Below, piece after piece: positions 14,066 through 32,479 of a DNA stretch of 64,000 bases (the stretch's first letter is position 1; each line of letters starts with the position of its first letter). The notes beneath the pieces were generated by a model. That model saw nothing but the letters and a program-made list of their open reading frames with translations. It made no database searches and had not been told where the DNA came from. Both the position numbers and the translations under genes were made by a program. Source of the stretch: Macrostomum hystrix (lineage: Eukaryota; Animalia; Platyhelminthes); contig CATNEN010000038.1 of NCBI GenBank assembly GCA_950097015.1, positions 7,440,001 to 7,504,000 of the forward strand, read 5' to 3'.

Positions 14066-15265
14066 AATTCTGTATTAAAATGTTCCTATTATTGCTTGCT
14101 AAACAGAAACAAAGCGAAGGTCAAGCAAAATGGTTAATAAGCAGTAACTGGCACACGAAATCATATTTATTGAACATTATTATTTATAACATAGTATTAA
14201 TCGTATGAATCAAAATCTCTGGTTTTGTCTGAAAACATTCTACTCGAATATGATGGGCACGCGTGAAAGCAAGAGATACGTGTACATAGAGAACATTTTC
14301 TATACCAGTGCGTAGATAGTTCGCTTTTTACTGAGAGAGAGAACGAAATAATGTACACAGCTCACTGTATACTACTGTCAGCAGACAAGAAAATAAGCAC
14401 TATAAAAATATAGTTGGGTTGGGTACTAAAATCTTTATTTTTGAAGTTCTCAGAATTACTTTGATTAAAAAAATCTTGCTTTCTTGCTTTGTAAGATAAA
14501 TAAACAAAACTGTAAATACAATTAGTTACAAAAATATTTATTACAGATTAAAAATCACTTGTTTTAATGGTTAAACGAGACAAAAAGTCAATTCATTCAC
14601 CTTTTCATAACAATAGAAGTGATATGGTTCTACTGGGTTCGCAATTTCTATTGGAAGTTGTGCGAAAAAAACAGAACTCCAATGATATAATTGCTAGAAT
14701 TAGCACAATCAACAGCTGAGGAGAACATTACATTATTAACTAACATGCCAACATGACCAAACACCTGAACACCCACAGTGACAGAGTATGCTGGCATAGC
14801 AACAGTAAAACTCATGGAAATTAGACAGTTGGATGTCAAATAATTCATTTCTGTATACTATAAACAGTTTGTTGGCAAAATAGCAATTACAGTAAAGTAG
14901 GTTGGAATATATGATAACGGATTTGATTAGTCGGTTCATGTAGCATTAGCAAAGGGTGTTGGACAACAGTAGATACATTTGTAAAATATCTGGCTAATTA
15001 GAGCTGGATGATACAATAATACAACATTTAGTAACACCCATTCCATACACTGTACTCATGCGAGCGCTATGAGCAGTCATTTACAACCATCTCTTCCATT
15101 TCCTGTACTCATGCGAGCGCTATGAGCAGTCATTTACAACCATCTCTTCCATTTCCTGTACTCATGCGGGCGCTATGAGCAGTCATACAAGCCGTTATGA
15201 ATTGTCTATTTCCAACCTTATCGGCGCATTGAATGTGAAATCGTCGCATTCGTACACCCAGCAAT

Positions 15266-19809
<4,544 letters not shown>

Positions 19810-20391
19810 GAAGTCAGTAACTGCACTTTAATTAGAATTGACAGGTTGCACAATAACCAGCTAGACAGTGGTGTGCAGATCATGCAGATAAATTGAAAAA
19901 TGGGCATGCACTATGTAATTACACTATTCTTTAGTTTATCTAACTTGATGCTTTGCCTGCAACTGAGATTTAAGGTTGTAAAAATGAATAAGGCAATCAA
20001 ATTAGAACCTTTTAAAACATTTTTATCAAAGATCATTAGTTTTTTAAAGTTTATAAAAATATATAATTAACCTAGCTTGCAAAGTTTAATGAATTCATAA
20101 ATGTTCAAGTATCATAAATTAAATAGGATAATTATTTTTGCAAAAAAATTGTTAAGATTCCATGTTGGTATTGATAAGACTAGCTATATAAAAATTGACA
20201 GTGTTTATCCCATTACATAGTGTAGTACTATGTATTATATAACTATGTACTACTACTTACATATATTGTGCATATAACAATTCTCAGCATAAACAATATT
20301 TTGGTATTTACTTAGCATTTGCCACATATACATTTTTGTAGTAACATTTTTTGTATACACTTACCACCTTCTTTCTTGACTTTGGCATTTA

Positions 20392-21341
20392 CAGGGTAGC
20401 CCCAGTTGACTTAAAAAAAATTCCCGGGGAATTCCCAAATTTTTTTGACAGAAGGCAAAAACTCCCAGGTGATGGCTGGGAACCAAAAAATAGTCATCTA
20501 TGATTAAAATGCAATTTTTAGCAACTGCTAACTCTTGTGCACGTTACTTTAATCTTAATCACAATTAGTATGACTTGTACATTATTGCTCTTAATTAAAG
20601 TAGATGACATGAAGCTGCCTTAGCAAAATTTGGTTTCGTGATCTTGTGTGGCTTCTTGGTTACAGCAGGGCTTGTCTTGTCAGTATATTTCTCAGTCAGT
20701 TCCTCACCAATAATTAGCCTATAATAACTGAACAGCATTGATGGCAATGCTTACGTAGGCATTCAGTCCTTGTGAATAAAGAAAATAAGTCAAATTTACC
20801 ACAAAACATAACATGATGGTGTCTGGCCAATGGGAACATATTGAGAATGAGCAGAACAATCAGACAGGAACGCAAATAGGCATGAACCATTAAGAAAAAA
20901 TATATCATTAAGATAGGCCTATAGATTCACACAATATGGGGAATAAATAATGCTTATTGGGCAGGTAAGCAGAAGAGAGAAAGAGAAATCAGCAAAAGAG
21001 AAGTTCCAACCTTATAGATTGCTGGTCCAAGGACACTTCATGTTCCATGTGACCCACACACATGGAAGGGAGCTTCTAAGCCAAACTACAAAGTTTCTAG
21101 GTAGTGACACAACATAAAATAAAAAAGCAACATATAAGACAAGTTAAATCAGAACAGAAAAACAATTGTGAAGTCTGTTTAGACCTCACTTTATATTTTG
21201 TTTGAGTCGAAAATGATGAGAAAACAAATATATTGTCATTGAACATGCCATATAATATTTTATGCACTCAGTGATGTCATTCTAGAAAAATTCCCGGGGA
21301 TTTCCTGGTTTTCCAGGTTTTCATGGCCTGGGGCTACCCTG
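20392..21341. mobile_element. Non-autonomous DNA transposon / MITE (hAT-like ends)
   Basis: Perfect 14-bp TIRs CAGGGTAGCCCCAG (20392-20405) / CTGGGGCTACCCTG (21328-21341); subterminal AAAAATTCCCGGGGA at both ends; no clear TSD and no transposase. Confidence 0.7.
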
Positions 21342-23573
21342 ATATTCTTGACTATTGTATATTTCAATATGAATAACTTAAGATGATCACCAATGATTAG
21401 CAAAAATTTTATTTCTTGCTAGGCCCAATGACAAAACAACAAATGGAAAAGTAAAATTAATTGCTATAATTGAAGAATATCAACAATGAAAATGAATTCT
21501 TGCATTATACCTGGTATTAATACATATATAATGCAATTGTTCCTAGTCCTATGGCATTAAGATGCAAGCTACACGCTAGATAAATTAGACTAGCTGTAAA
21601 AAACAATGACTGATAACTGTCACTGTCCTGTCCTGTCAAGACCATGACACAATGACAGGACTGCCTGATTGACACATCTTAGACTAGACCAAACCAAGCA
21701 AAAAATGTACTGCACAATATAATTATTATTGGGATTTTGCTTGATAGCTTACAAATATTAACGATAGTACTTGGGAACTTTTACAAACGGGTGCGTGTCT
21801 CATACAGAAAAATAAATTAGAATACATCTATATTTTTTGTTAAGTCAAGTGTCGTAGTAAGAAGGCTGTTTCTATTTTCCACCAAAAAACAACCACACAA
21901 CGTGCTCAAGTTTACTGTTTATCATGTCCCGTAGAAAAATGAACGAAATTAATAGACAAATCCTTCTAAAAGTAAATAATATTATAAAAACAAATAAGCA
22001 CAAATTCTGTTTGTAAAAATATCTTATAATTAGAAGTGATCTTGCGATTGATTCTGTTTAAAAGCTTTTAACAAGATACATATTTTTAATTACTACCTGT
22101 GTCTTTTAATTTAACTAGTTGTTTAAAAACAATAAGCAACTATTATACTGGTAAAACATTAAATAATAAAGCAAGATTTGTTGTACTGCGTCGTATAACC
22201 AATTCCGTTGTGCTTGCATACACGCCATCTTATTTCCCGTTATTGGTTAACTGTATAAATTTCATAAATGATTTACTGAATAACAATCGTGAATTTCGTG
22301 ATATCCTATATTATTGTAACCGTAGACGTCGCAATTCGTTTGACTATCAATACTCATCATGTTTTAATCGTTTTTTAAAGTCAGAAACAAAACAGAAGTT
22401 GGACAGGGTTGACGTACTGATAGAAGCACAGGCCACAGGTTACATATTCTATAATATATCCTCTAGTACTCACACCACAATATTGATAACCTGGAATCAA
22501 TCAATTCCGTAAGCTCGCTGTTCGTGTCGCCTCTCAATTAAAATATCTCCTACGAGCAGCAATGGTAATATCTGCAACGGCACTAAAGCTTTAACTGGAC
22601 TTCGATCTACTTAGTTTAAACCAAGGGCCAGTTTATTAGTGCTTTTAAATATAAGGTTGAATTGTTCAAACGCAATATGCAACGATCAATAACCAAACAA
22701 TTACAACAAAAAAATAAAAACTTTTAAGTAACGCGATGTCCATAATATAGTTTTTCGCATAGCATGAATATTTACTACCTATAAACGTCATTAGGCAAGT
22801 CGAAATACTTTTATTCAGAGTGGTCAATAAAATTTTCGCTTTCTACATACAAATCAAGAATCTTCGAAATGTGTGAAGAAGTAAAGACACATCTCATCAC
22901 AGATTTTGGAACAAAACTAAAGCAATCTCAAAATTTGACTTTGAATTTAAATCCAGGAGCGAAATAACAAAATTTGGCGGTTGGTCGAAATTTTACGTTA
23001 ACCGTTATTTATAGATAGCAAAATCAGGAAACTCAAAAGCAAAACAGAAGCAGTTTAAGAAGCAGCAATTGAAGATCGACGCACTTTGACTAGTTCAGTC
23101 GCAATAGTAAAACAAAAGCAATTGGTGCACCTGTCAATGATTATAACTTACTGACGACTTAAAAAATTAACTCAAAGAAGTGTTATTTAAGCAAAATGAA
23201 AACAGGTAATTATGCTGGTAAATAGGAATATAACAAGAAACACGTTGGTGTTAGAAACAATTACAGGACCTAATTAAATGCAAATCTAACACACAATACC
23301 ATATCAATAGCATCAATGCATTGCAATTATTGAATAAAAGAATGTCTGTTAAAACAATGCTACGTGTCACACCATAGCACTGCCTTGCCATTGGTCAATT
23401 GAGATAAAATATAAATAAGTTAAAACAAAGCAACAAAGCTAAAAGCAGGAAATGGGTTTTATGCAACGAAAAACAAGACGCTTTTAAGGAAAAAAATATA
23501 AAAAACTCCCATTAAAACAAAAAAATCGGCCCGAATGCCGGAATTTCAAAAGTCCGCAGCGCCTGCACTCATC

Positions 23574-26500
23574 TTATCGCTGCTCGTCGCCAACTCGGTT
23601 GATGAGCTCGTCACAGATGCTGGTGAGCTCGGCGTTCTCTTGAACCTTGTGCTGAAGCTGCGCCTGCAGATTCTGCGCCTGCAGCTCCGCCTTGCGCAGC
23701 ACGGCCTGCAGCCTGGCCAGCTCCGACTCGCTGGCACGCCGCTGATCCTCGATGTGACGATTGGCCGCCTCCAGCTTCTCCTCAGCGTGCGCCTTCAGCG
23801 TCAGGTACTTCTGTTCGTTGCGCTTCATGCGCGCCTGGTGCTCCTGAGGGGTGGCGCCATGGCAGTGCAAGCTTTGTCTTACTTAAATCTTATCTCACTT
23901 CAATCCCATCTCACTTTAATCCCATATCACTTTAATCCCATCTCACTTTAATCCCATTTCACTTCAATCCCATCTCACTTTAATCCCATATCACTTTAAT
24001 CCCATATCACTTTAATCCCATCTCACTTTAATCCGATCTCACTTTAATCCCATCTCACTTTAATCCCATGTCTCTTTAATCCCAAATCACATTAATCCCA
24101 TCTCACTTTAATCCGATCTCACTTTAATCCCATCTCACTTTAATCCCATCTCACTTTAATCCAATCTCACTTTAATCCCTTCTCACTTTAATCCCTTCTC
24201 ACTTTAATCCTATCTCACTCCAATCCCATCTCACTCCAATCCCATCTCACTCCAATACCATCTCACTCCAATACCATCTCACTCCAATCCCATCTCACTC
24301 CAATGCCATCTCACTCCAATACCATCTCACTCCAATCCCATCTCACTCCAATCCCATCTCACTCCAATCCCATCTAAAGTTGTGCTCACCTGCACGGACC
24401 GATGCAGCGTCTGTTCATTGGCCCGCAGAGACTCCACCAGCTGCTTGGACTTCTCAAATCGTTTGTGCAGATCAGAGAAGGCCTTCTCAACCGACTGCAG
24501 ATCCTCGAGGGCCTGGTCCCGATCCCGCATCAGCTCGGCGGCCTGGGCATCGGCCTCACGGCGCCTCTCCGTCACGAGGCGCAGGCAGCGGTCGAACTCT
24601 CGGAACACCAGCCGGCAACTGTCAAGCTCAGACTGCAGCCGGGCATTCTCAGTGCTCAGGCTACGAATGCGAGACTCGTACTTGCGCAACTGCTGCTGCT
24701 GCGGCTGCTGCTGCGGAGTGGATGACGCCGGCAATTTGCTGCTCACGCCGCTGCTGTTGCTAACGCTGCTGCTGGCGCTGCCGAGGCTCTGCCTGCCCGC
24801 CGACTGCTGCTGAGATTTCTGGCGTAGGTATTTGATTATGGATTTACTTTGGGAATCGGTGGAGGACTGGGAAAGGGGTGAAGGACTGGGAAGGGGGTAG
24901 AGGACTGGGAAGGGGGTAGAGGACTGGGAAGGGGGTAGAGGACTGCGAAGGGAGTAGAGGACTGGGAAGGGAGTGAAGGACTGGGAAGGGGGTGAAGGAC
25001 TGGGAAGGGAGTAGAGGACTGGGAAGGGAGTAGAGGACTGGGAAGGGGGTGAAGGACTGGGAAGGGGGTGAAGGACTGGGAAGTGGTAGAGGATGAAGGA
25101 GTGGTTACAAAATGGCAGCAATTGTCACTCACCATTGAGATGTCCTCTTCGGCAGCGAGTAACTGAAATGAAGCATTGAAAGTGGAGTTCAGGTGCATTA
25201 CACAATGAGCACAAAGTTTTAAATAATAAAAGTAAGAGCCCAACAATGGAAAAATGGCAGTAAAAGTGTAGCCACCGGCAAGCGAAAACAGCGTAGGTTT
25301 AAAATAATAAAAAAATTAATTCCTAGTCCGAGATGAAAGAAGAGCAAATCACGCCCTCTTGGTTTCGAGGGAGCTTAGCGCCTGCCTGCTCAAGCTCCTG
25401 CTGCTCAAAGTCTGGCAGCTGTTCGAACAAATTGTCTATGGAATCCGAGAGGCAGCCCAGCTCCGTGCCAGACGCTGGGGGCGAATGTCTATTGGCTGGT
25501 TCGGGCAGCTCTGCCGGAGCCTCAGTCACCGACGACGAAGCGTGAGGCTGCGTGAGTGAGTAGCTGGAGCAATCACAATGGGGACTGAGCACATACTCAT
25601 ACGTATTGCCTTAAATACGAATGGAATAGGCCAGGGCAGTAATAATAATTAATAACAAGAAGGTTGGCCCTCAAGGGCGTAAATTGCACGACAAGCCTCC
25701 AAGCCTTCTCTCCGCGGCAGCGCCCTAAATAAATGTGGCCTCGCCGTGGAAACGAACTTGGGACCTTGGTGCGAGAGGCAAACGCGTTAACCGCTTTGCC
25801 ACCGACCCCTCTCAAGCCAGAGCAGATTTACATCCAACTCACCAGCGGCTCCTCGCAGCCTTTCAGCTGTTCCAGAGGCTCAGTTCGCTCTATGCCTTCT
25901 TGGACTGCTTCTTCAACGTCGACAGCGACAGCAGCAGCAGCGCCGGCGGCTTCAGGCGATCCGTCGGCGCAGTCGCTGAAGTTGTCTATGGCCGAAGCCT
26001 CTTCGGCAGGATCCGTTTCAACGGAGACTCTGGACGCACTGGGGGCTGCGTTTGACGACTCGAATGGCAAGAGTCTGTCCGCGCCGCCCGGCTGTTGTTG
26101 CCTAGCAACGGTACTGGAGCTGACAGCGAACTGGTGCAGATCGGCGCTTGGCAGCAAAACCGATTGGCGCTCGAATTGCGAGGCTGCTTGATTGAACTGC
26201 GGGAATCGGCAATCGGGTTAGGGAGCTATCAAAACGTTGAAATTCAATATCTTATAAACTCAAACTGCACTGCTCAAACAATGCAACAATAATTAAAACA
26301 AATTAGCCCCCCCCAGTTGTGTACAAATAAGTGAGTGATCTGGAAATCAACAAGACTTGGCCTGGTTTAGCCGTACCCGCGACTGCAGCCGGCGCAAATC
26401 AGCTGCCGTGGCGCCGTGGCCGGCATTGGCACTGCTGGCAGCGCTGTCTCTGGGCATTACGTAAACAGATTCTTGCAGCTAGTAGCGGCAGTCGAGAACC

Positions 26501-28898
26501 GAAAACTGTCCCTATACCATTTAGTATCTTGCCCCACAGTGTTACTGAACAATTTATAAGCCTACATTTGTCGACCAATCGAATACGGCAGAAATTTTAG
26601 AGCCAAGGCTGCACGGGACTCTGTATGGGGAGTTAGCGTTTGTGAGATCCCCCGGTTGAGACTTCATGTCGGAGCTTGAGGATCATTAGTGCGCGTGCGA
26701 CACTGGGACAGCTGGGAAATATTCAAACTGGCACAACTGAGCTATAGTAGCTGCTTCTATTTCTAAAGAGATTTTAATCGATAAAGAACGCACCGCTGAC
26801 GCACCGCTGACGAGGGAAGAAAATTTGCATGCACAATACGTGCAGTCTACCTGTAACATTCTTTCGCTCAAATTTTTTAATTTATTTTATGAAAAAAAAC
26901 TTCCACTGTGTAATGGCTTTAAAATTTTGCATGCTAATCACTTTTTAATTTCGCACTTGCAAACTTTATTACTTAAGGTAAAACCTAACATTCTTACCCA
27001 CAGACATGGCAAGCACTAACAGAAATGTTATTTCTGGATAATGAGAAAGTGCATGAACCAGGCGTTAAGTTGAAAAATGAGGTTGTGAATTTTATGGCAT
27101 TGAATGTAGCAAACTGAAATGACTGCTCATCTGTCTATTTAGTAACAGCAGCCTCTAAAACTGAGGAGGTTTTAGCTGCTCAAACTGGAATCTAAGACTA
27201 GCTGCTAAAACTGGGATCTGAGACTAGCTGCTAAAACTGGGATCTGAGACTAGCTGCTAAAACTGGGATCTGAGACTGTAGCTGCTAAAACTGGGATCTG
27301 AGACTAGCTGCTCAAACTGGGATCTGAGACTGTAGCTGCTAAAACTGGGATCTGAGACTAGCTGCTAAAACTGGGATCTGAGACTAGCTGCTAAAACTGG
27401 GATCTGAGACTAGCTGCTCAAACTGGGATCTAAGACTAATTGCTAAAACTGGGATCTGAGACTAATTGCTCAAACTGGGATCTAAGACTAGCTGCTAAAA
27501 CTGGGATCTGAGACTAGCTGCTAAAACTGGGATCTGAGACTAGCTGCTCAAACTGGGATCTGAGACTGTAGCTGCTAAAACTGGGATCTGAGACTAGCTG
27601 CTCAAACTGGGATCTGAGACTGTAGCTGCTAAAACTGGGATCTGAGACTAGCTGCTAAAACTGGGATCTGAGACTAGCTGCTAAAACTGGGATCTGAGAC
27701 TAATTGCTCAAACTGGGATCTGAGACTAGCTGCTCAAACTGGGATCTGAGACTGTAGCTGCTAAAACTGGGATCTGAGACTAGCTGCTAAAACTGGGATC
27801 TGAGACTAGCTGCTAAAACTGTGATCTGAGACTAGCTGCTAAAACTGGGATCTGAGACTAATTGCTCAAACTGGGATCTAAGACTAATTGCTAAAACTGG
27901 GATCTGAGACTAATTGCTCAAACTGGTATCTAAGACTAGCTGCTAAAACTGGGATCTGAGACTAGCTGCTAAAACTGGGATCTGAGACTAGCTGCTAAAA
28001 CTGGGATCTGAGACTAGCTGCTAAAACTATGATCTGAGACTAGCTGCTAAAACTGGGATCTAAGACTAGCTGCTAAAACTGGGATCTGAGAGGCTGCTAA
28101 AACTGGGATCTGAGACTAGCTGCTAAAACTGGGATCTGAGACTAGCTGCTAAAACTGGGATCTGAGACTAGCTGCTAAAACTGAAATCTGAGACTAATTG
28201 CTCAAACTGGGATCTAAGACTAGCTGCTAAAACTGGGATCTGAGACTAGCTGCTAAAACTGGGATCTGAGACTAGCTGCTAAAACTGGGATCTGAGACTA
28301 GCTGCTAAAACTGGGATCTGAGACTAGCTGCTAAAACTGGGATCTAAGACTAGCTGCTAAAACTGGGATCTGAGACTAGCTGCTAAAACTGGGATCTGAG
28401 ACTATAGCTGCTCAAACTGGGATGTAAGACTGTAGCTGCTGCATGTTTTGGCGACACATGAGCACAAGTGAGCAATCAAGAGTCGTGCGTCCTCCAATCT
28501 AAAATATAAATTCAATAATAGCAGAGTCCTTGGCTCGAAACCGCTGATTTTCCGTCGGCACTTACGCTGTCATCTTCAGCAAGTCGAGGACTCGCGCTGC
28601 AATGCGGCGAGGTCAGCAAGTCGGCATCGGCGGCGGGAGACTGTTCCAGTCCGCTGTCGCTGGTGGCATAGTCGGCTGCGGCAATCGAGGCTTCAACAGC
28701 GCTTGCGGCAGCAGCGGCTGCGGCTGCCAGAGCAATGTCCCGGTCAGCGCTGGCCTGAGTGACACGATTTGGTGGCAGCCGGAAGGTCGAACGAAACGAA
28801 TTGCGGCTGAATGTGGGGTCAGTTTCACTCAAATCTGGCGCATCTCCAGGCCCACCCTTGCGTTCCAGATTATTGTAGTCATCCACTTCATCATCCAT
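23574..28898 (-). CDS. TACC: Transforming acidic coiled-coil (TACC) family protein, multi-exon
   Basis: C-terminal TACC domain: RDQALEDLQSVEKAFSDLHKRFEK...ANEQTL|...EQKYLTLKAHAEEKLEAAN...KVQENAELTSICDELI. Phase-0 exons 23843-23574, 24818-24390, 25162-25133, 25547-25353, 26196-25843, 26478-26377. Probable first exon 28898-28566 (AGC|gtaagt). The 5' exons are less certain. Confidence 0.85.
23885..24375. repeat. 16-bp minisatellite (AATCCCATCTCACTTT/CC)n filling the last TACC intron
   Basis: About 30 copies with a gradual CTTT to CTCC variant shift. Confidence 0.95.
24860..25090. repeat. 19-bp G-rich minisatellite (GAGGACTGGGAAGGGGGTA)n in a TACC intron
   Basis: About 12 copies. Confidence 0.93.
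25660..25815 (-). mobile_element. SINE family A, 5' half (TACC intron)
   Basis: Reverse complement GGGGTCGGTGGCAAAGCGGTTAACGCGTTTGCCTCTCGCACCAAGGTCCCAAGTTCGTTTCC (tRNA-like head), then GGAGAGAAGGCTTGG.GGCTTGTCGTG...AGGGCCAACC. Confidence 0.8.
27175..28440 (+). repeat. 26/28-bp minisatellite (GCTGCTAAAACTGGGATCTGAGACTA)n in a TACC intron; same family as the PI4K2 array
   Basis: About 47 units, mostly one C>A change from the 16930-18000 consensus. Confidence 0.96.
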
Positions 28899-29195
28899 TT
28901 AAGCAAATTCAGTGCTTAATGCTTATTTCTTGATTAGACTTTGAAATGATAGCAAAATCTGAAATGTTTTGTAGATTAGTGCTCAAGCTCATTTTTACAC
29001 TCAGATGTCTCAATATTATTTTTATGATAAAATGTTGCTCTTTCTGAGGGGTTCCAAAAGTGACTATTGCACTGATTAGAAAATTTTTGTTTAAAATTGC
29101 AAGGAGTACATAAATAATGTATCAGATATATAAGCTTTATTTTGTCATTTAAATAAAAAGCATGAAAAAAGAATCATATTTTAATATTTAAATAA

Positions 29196-30771
29196 TCTAT
29201 ATATATAAAAGTGACAACTCTGTCTGCGTGTGTGCAACCTTTTGTCTTTATAGACGCCGAAACCGCTCAACCAAATCGCACCAAACTTTGCACATACCTA
29301 AAACCACCTACGCTGAGTGCAATAGGCTACTCAAATTCCCGAAAAATCATTTCCTTCCTGCTCAAAAGTGCAAAAAACTGCTCAAAAAATCGTCAAAAAA
29401 TCACTCAATTCGACATATCGTCGCCCCACTTTGTCAGATTTTCTCCAAATAGCTGCATCATCTCAAAGTGAGTCACTTTTTGTTTTCCGAGGACAGCCAC
29501 CCCAACTCCCCTCTGCCACTCTGCGGGCCAAATTTTATTACAGTCACCCCCTCCCTTCCCCAGGCGCCGAAGCCCCAGACTGTACATTGTATTTCAAGCC
29601 GTGAATGTACACAGCCCAAACCCCTAGACTGTCTACTGGCCCCCAAGCAGCACTGAGACTGAGTGCGGTGAGTGTGGTGGCGTCCCAGTGCGCAGGGCTC
29701 TCCGGTCGATATTTCTCTCCAGCCAGCCTATTTCTCTCGATATGCTGACGTTGACTGGCTGTCAGAGAGGGCAATTCTGTGTCCTAGAAATGATGCCGCC
29801 AACGAAATTAACTACCAACTGCTTCAGGAGTTGCCAGGTGCAGTTTTCACCTACAAGTCAATTGATACAACGTTGACTGATGACACCGCTGTGGAGTATC
29901 CTGTTGAGTTTCTGAACTCTCTAGATCCTCCTGGAACTCCATCGCACAACTTGCAGCTGAAAGTTGGGGCACCAATTATGCTCCTCCGCAACCTGAATGC
30001 GCCAAGGCTGTGTAACGGCACCAGACTGATAGTCAGGCGGCTCTTCCCACACATGATTGAGGCCACGATAATGACTGGATCTGGCAGAGGAGAGTCTGTG
30101 TTCATTCCCCGGATTCCAATTATCCCCACGGACCTGCCATTTCAGTTCAAGTGACTGCAGTTCCCTGTGAGAGTGTGCTTTGCGATGACTATTAACAAGG
30201 CTCAGGGACAGTCGCTGAAGGTAGCTGGCATCAACCTGGAGACTCCTTGCTTCTCGCATGGGCAGCTTTATGTCGCCTGCTCCCGTGTTGGAACTTCAGC
30301 TGGCCTATTCATTTTCGCACCAAGGGGAAGAACGAAGAATGTGGTGTATCCCCAGGCCTTGAGGTGACTCGCAAGCAATTAATAGAAAAGTAGTCACGAA
30401 TTGACCTTGACCTGTCTAACTCTGAACTCTGAAACAGTTTAATTTTGTTTCTTTGACATTGTTATTGTTATGCCATGGCTATTTTCCTTATGTATATGCG
30501 TGTACATGCATACTGTATACAGAGGCAGATTTAGGGGGGGGCAGGGGGGCAGTCGCCCCCCTAAATTTTAATCATGGGAATAAGATGCCCCCACATATTG
30601 TCTTCTTACTTTTTACTTAAAACGCCCTTAAACAAACTCTTCACTTTTCATTAATGCAGTAAATAAATAAATGGTGACCTTCACTATAAAGTTAATAGGC
30701 CTACAGAGACGTGAATTGCTTACTGCTTTGCTTTAAATTTCTGCCCCAAAAACAACGGGCAAAAAAGCTAG
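29196..30771 (+). mobile_element. Internally deleted Helitron
   Basis: 5' A|TCTATATATATAAAAG at 29196; 3' hairpin TGCCC-n-GGGCA (30742-30761) followed by CTAG|T (30768-30771); PIF1-type helicase C-terminus inside. Confidence 0.88.
29730..30367 (+). pseudogene. Helitron RepHel PIF1-like helicase C-terminal fragment
   Basis: WLSERAILCPRN...YPVEFLNSLDPPGTPSHNLQLKVGAPIMLLRNL...LCNGTRL...FIPRIPIIPTDLPFQFK*LQFPVRVCFAMTINKAQGQSL...FSHGQLYVACSRV. One in-frame TGA (30152-30154) where Arg is expected; Rep domain and N-terminal helicase motifs absent. Confidence 0.92.
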
Positions 30772-32479
30772 TAAGTTGTAAATTAACTTCTAAATAATAA
30801 TTGTTTCATGACCTATAAAAAATACTGATTATCAATAGGAACTTCATAATAAAAATACATAGAAACACATATATCCTAGGACATAGGTACCGTACCATGC
30901 CTGGTAGCAATAGCTTTCAGATAGAAAAATATAGTTATTTAAAATGTATATATTGACAAGCTAAATAGGGCCTATAGACGATCAATTTGCTTTGTAGCCT
31001 TGGCCCTACTCTACTTTATTGACTGACAAAACAATTGTAGGCTTAGGGAATATAATTTAGCATGTCATTTAGCATTTATCAAAGCCAATTTATACTATGT
31101 AGGGATTGTAGATAGATAAATGTGTAGCATAGCATATGCCTACCTAAGTTAAATATTGTCTTCTAAGAGTTTACTAAAGTTTATACTAGCTAGCTCAGCT
31201 GTGACAGTAAAGTATATCGATAAATTATTATAATCATGCGAAAAACGAAGTTGCAGAATTGCATAATTAAAAACAATATAATCAGTGACTTAAGTAGTCT
31301 GAAAGGTAATGTATGAAAAGAAGCGTTGAAAATGCGATACGGTAATTAATATCAAAAGCATACAAACACGCATAATAATATAATACTGTAGTGCTATTAA
31401 AATAAAAAAATAACTTCGTAGATTTTTAGGTATAAATAATATTCCTTTTGTTATGATTCTCAGTTCTTGTATTTATTAAATAGACTTTGTTGATACGTGT
31501 AATGACAAATAGTATCAAACCGGTGTCGAAAGAAAACAACTGAATTATAATTCGGTCAAAAGAAAGTAACAAAGATTTTTCATTCAGCATAATTTTTTGA
31601 AAATGACGATTAGGAAAAGTCTATGCAGTTTCACTTCCTTTAAAAGTGTTTTGTTACATAATGCACATGTAATAGCTATGCACAAAGTCACATTTATCAT
31701 TTTGTAAACTGCTACATAATAGTGTTATCAGCAATTAAAGCACTGCTATGATGTGTGTAACTCAAAATACTGTAACTATACTCTCTGCATAGATTGTTTA
31801 ACCTACTATTCTCTAGTTTTCATGGCTTATAATTGGTATTTAACTGGCCAAAAGTGGTCAAATAAAACGATAAACGCGGGCAATAATTACAAGATAATAC
31901 ATGATGATCTAGCTCTAAACAGCGCCCTCTGACGTCACGGAAGAGCTTCAGACAGCTGCAGATTGCTGTCAAAGAATTAAATGCAGCTCGGGAGAGCTTT
32001 CAGAAGCAGTAGTGTGCAGAACATGGCGGCACACCTTGTTACAATTCTGCAGCTGGTTACAATTTCAAATCAACAAAAAACATATTACAACAACAGCAGT
32101 TACATTTCGTTTTATTTGTGCGTCGTCGGCTGAAGTCGCATACGTAGGCATGGCTTTTTGCCCCAGGATAGTGTGTGGACTAGCAACTAGCTTGGCCCTG
32201 TCACACAGCATATCATCCCGACGCTCGATTTTCATCATCATCGCAACCCCAAAAAAGCTTATCCAGCTTTTGTGTCGAGGACTAATAGACATTGATAACA
32301 TTATAAATATGCATCATTAGTCCATTTGAACAGGTGATAAAAGTAGGTTTAATCTCCAGAACTTTAATAAATAACTTTATAGTTCATTTTTTACTTGACA
32401 TCATTCTGGCCAGATGTGCAGCCGACAGCACAGCCTCATGGGCAGCTATATCGCGTGGTATATCAGGGAAGGCTGCGTA

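Noticed and set aside
30152-30154. TGA as selenocysteine or readthrough in the helicase
   Set aside because: The position is a conserved Arg (FKRLQFP), best explained by CGA>TGA in a truncated Helitron.
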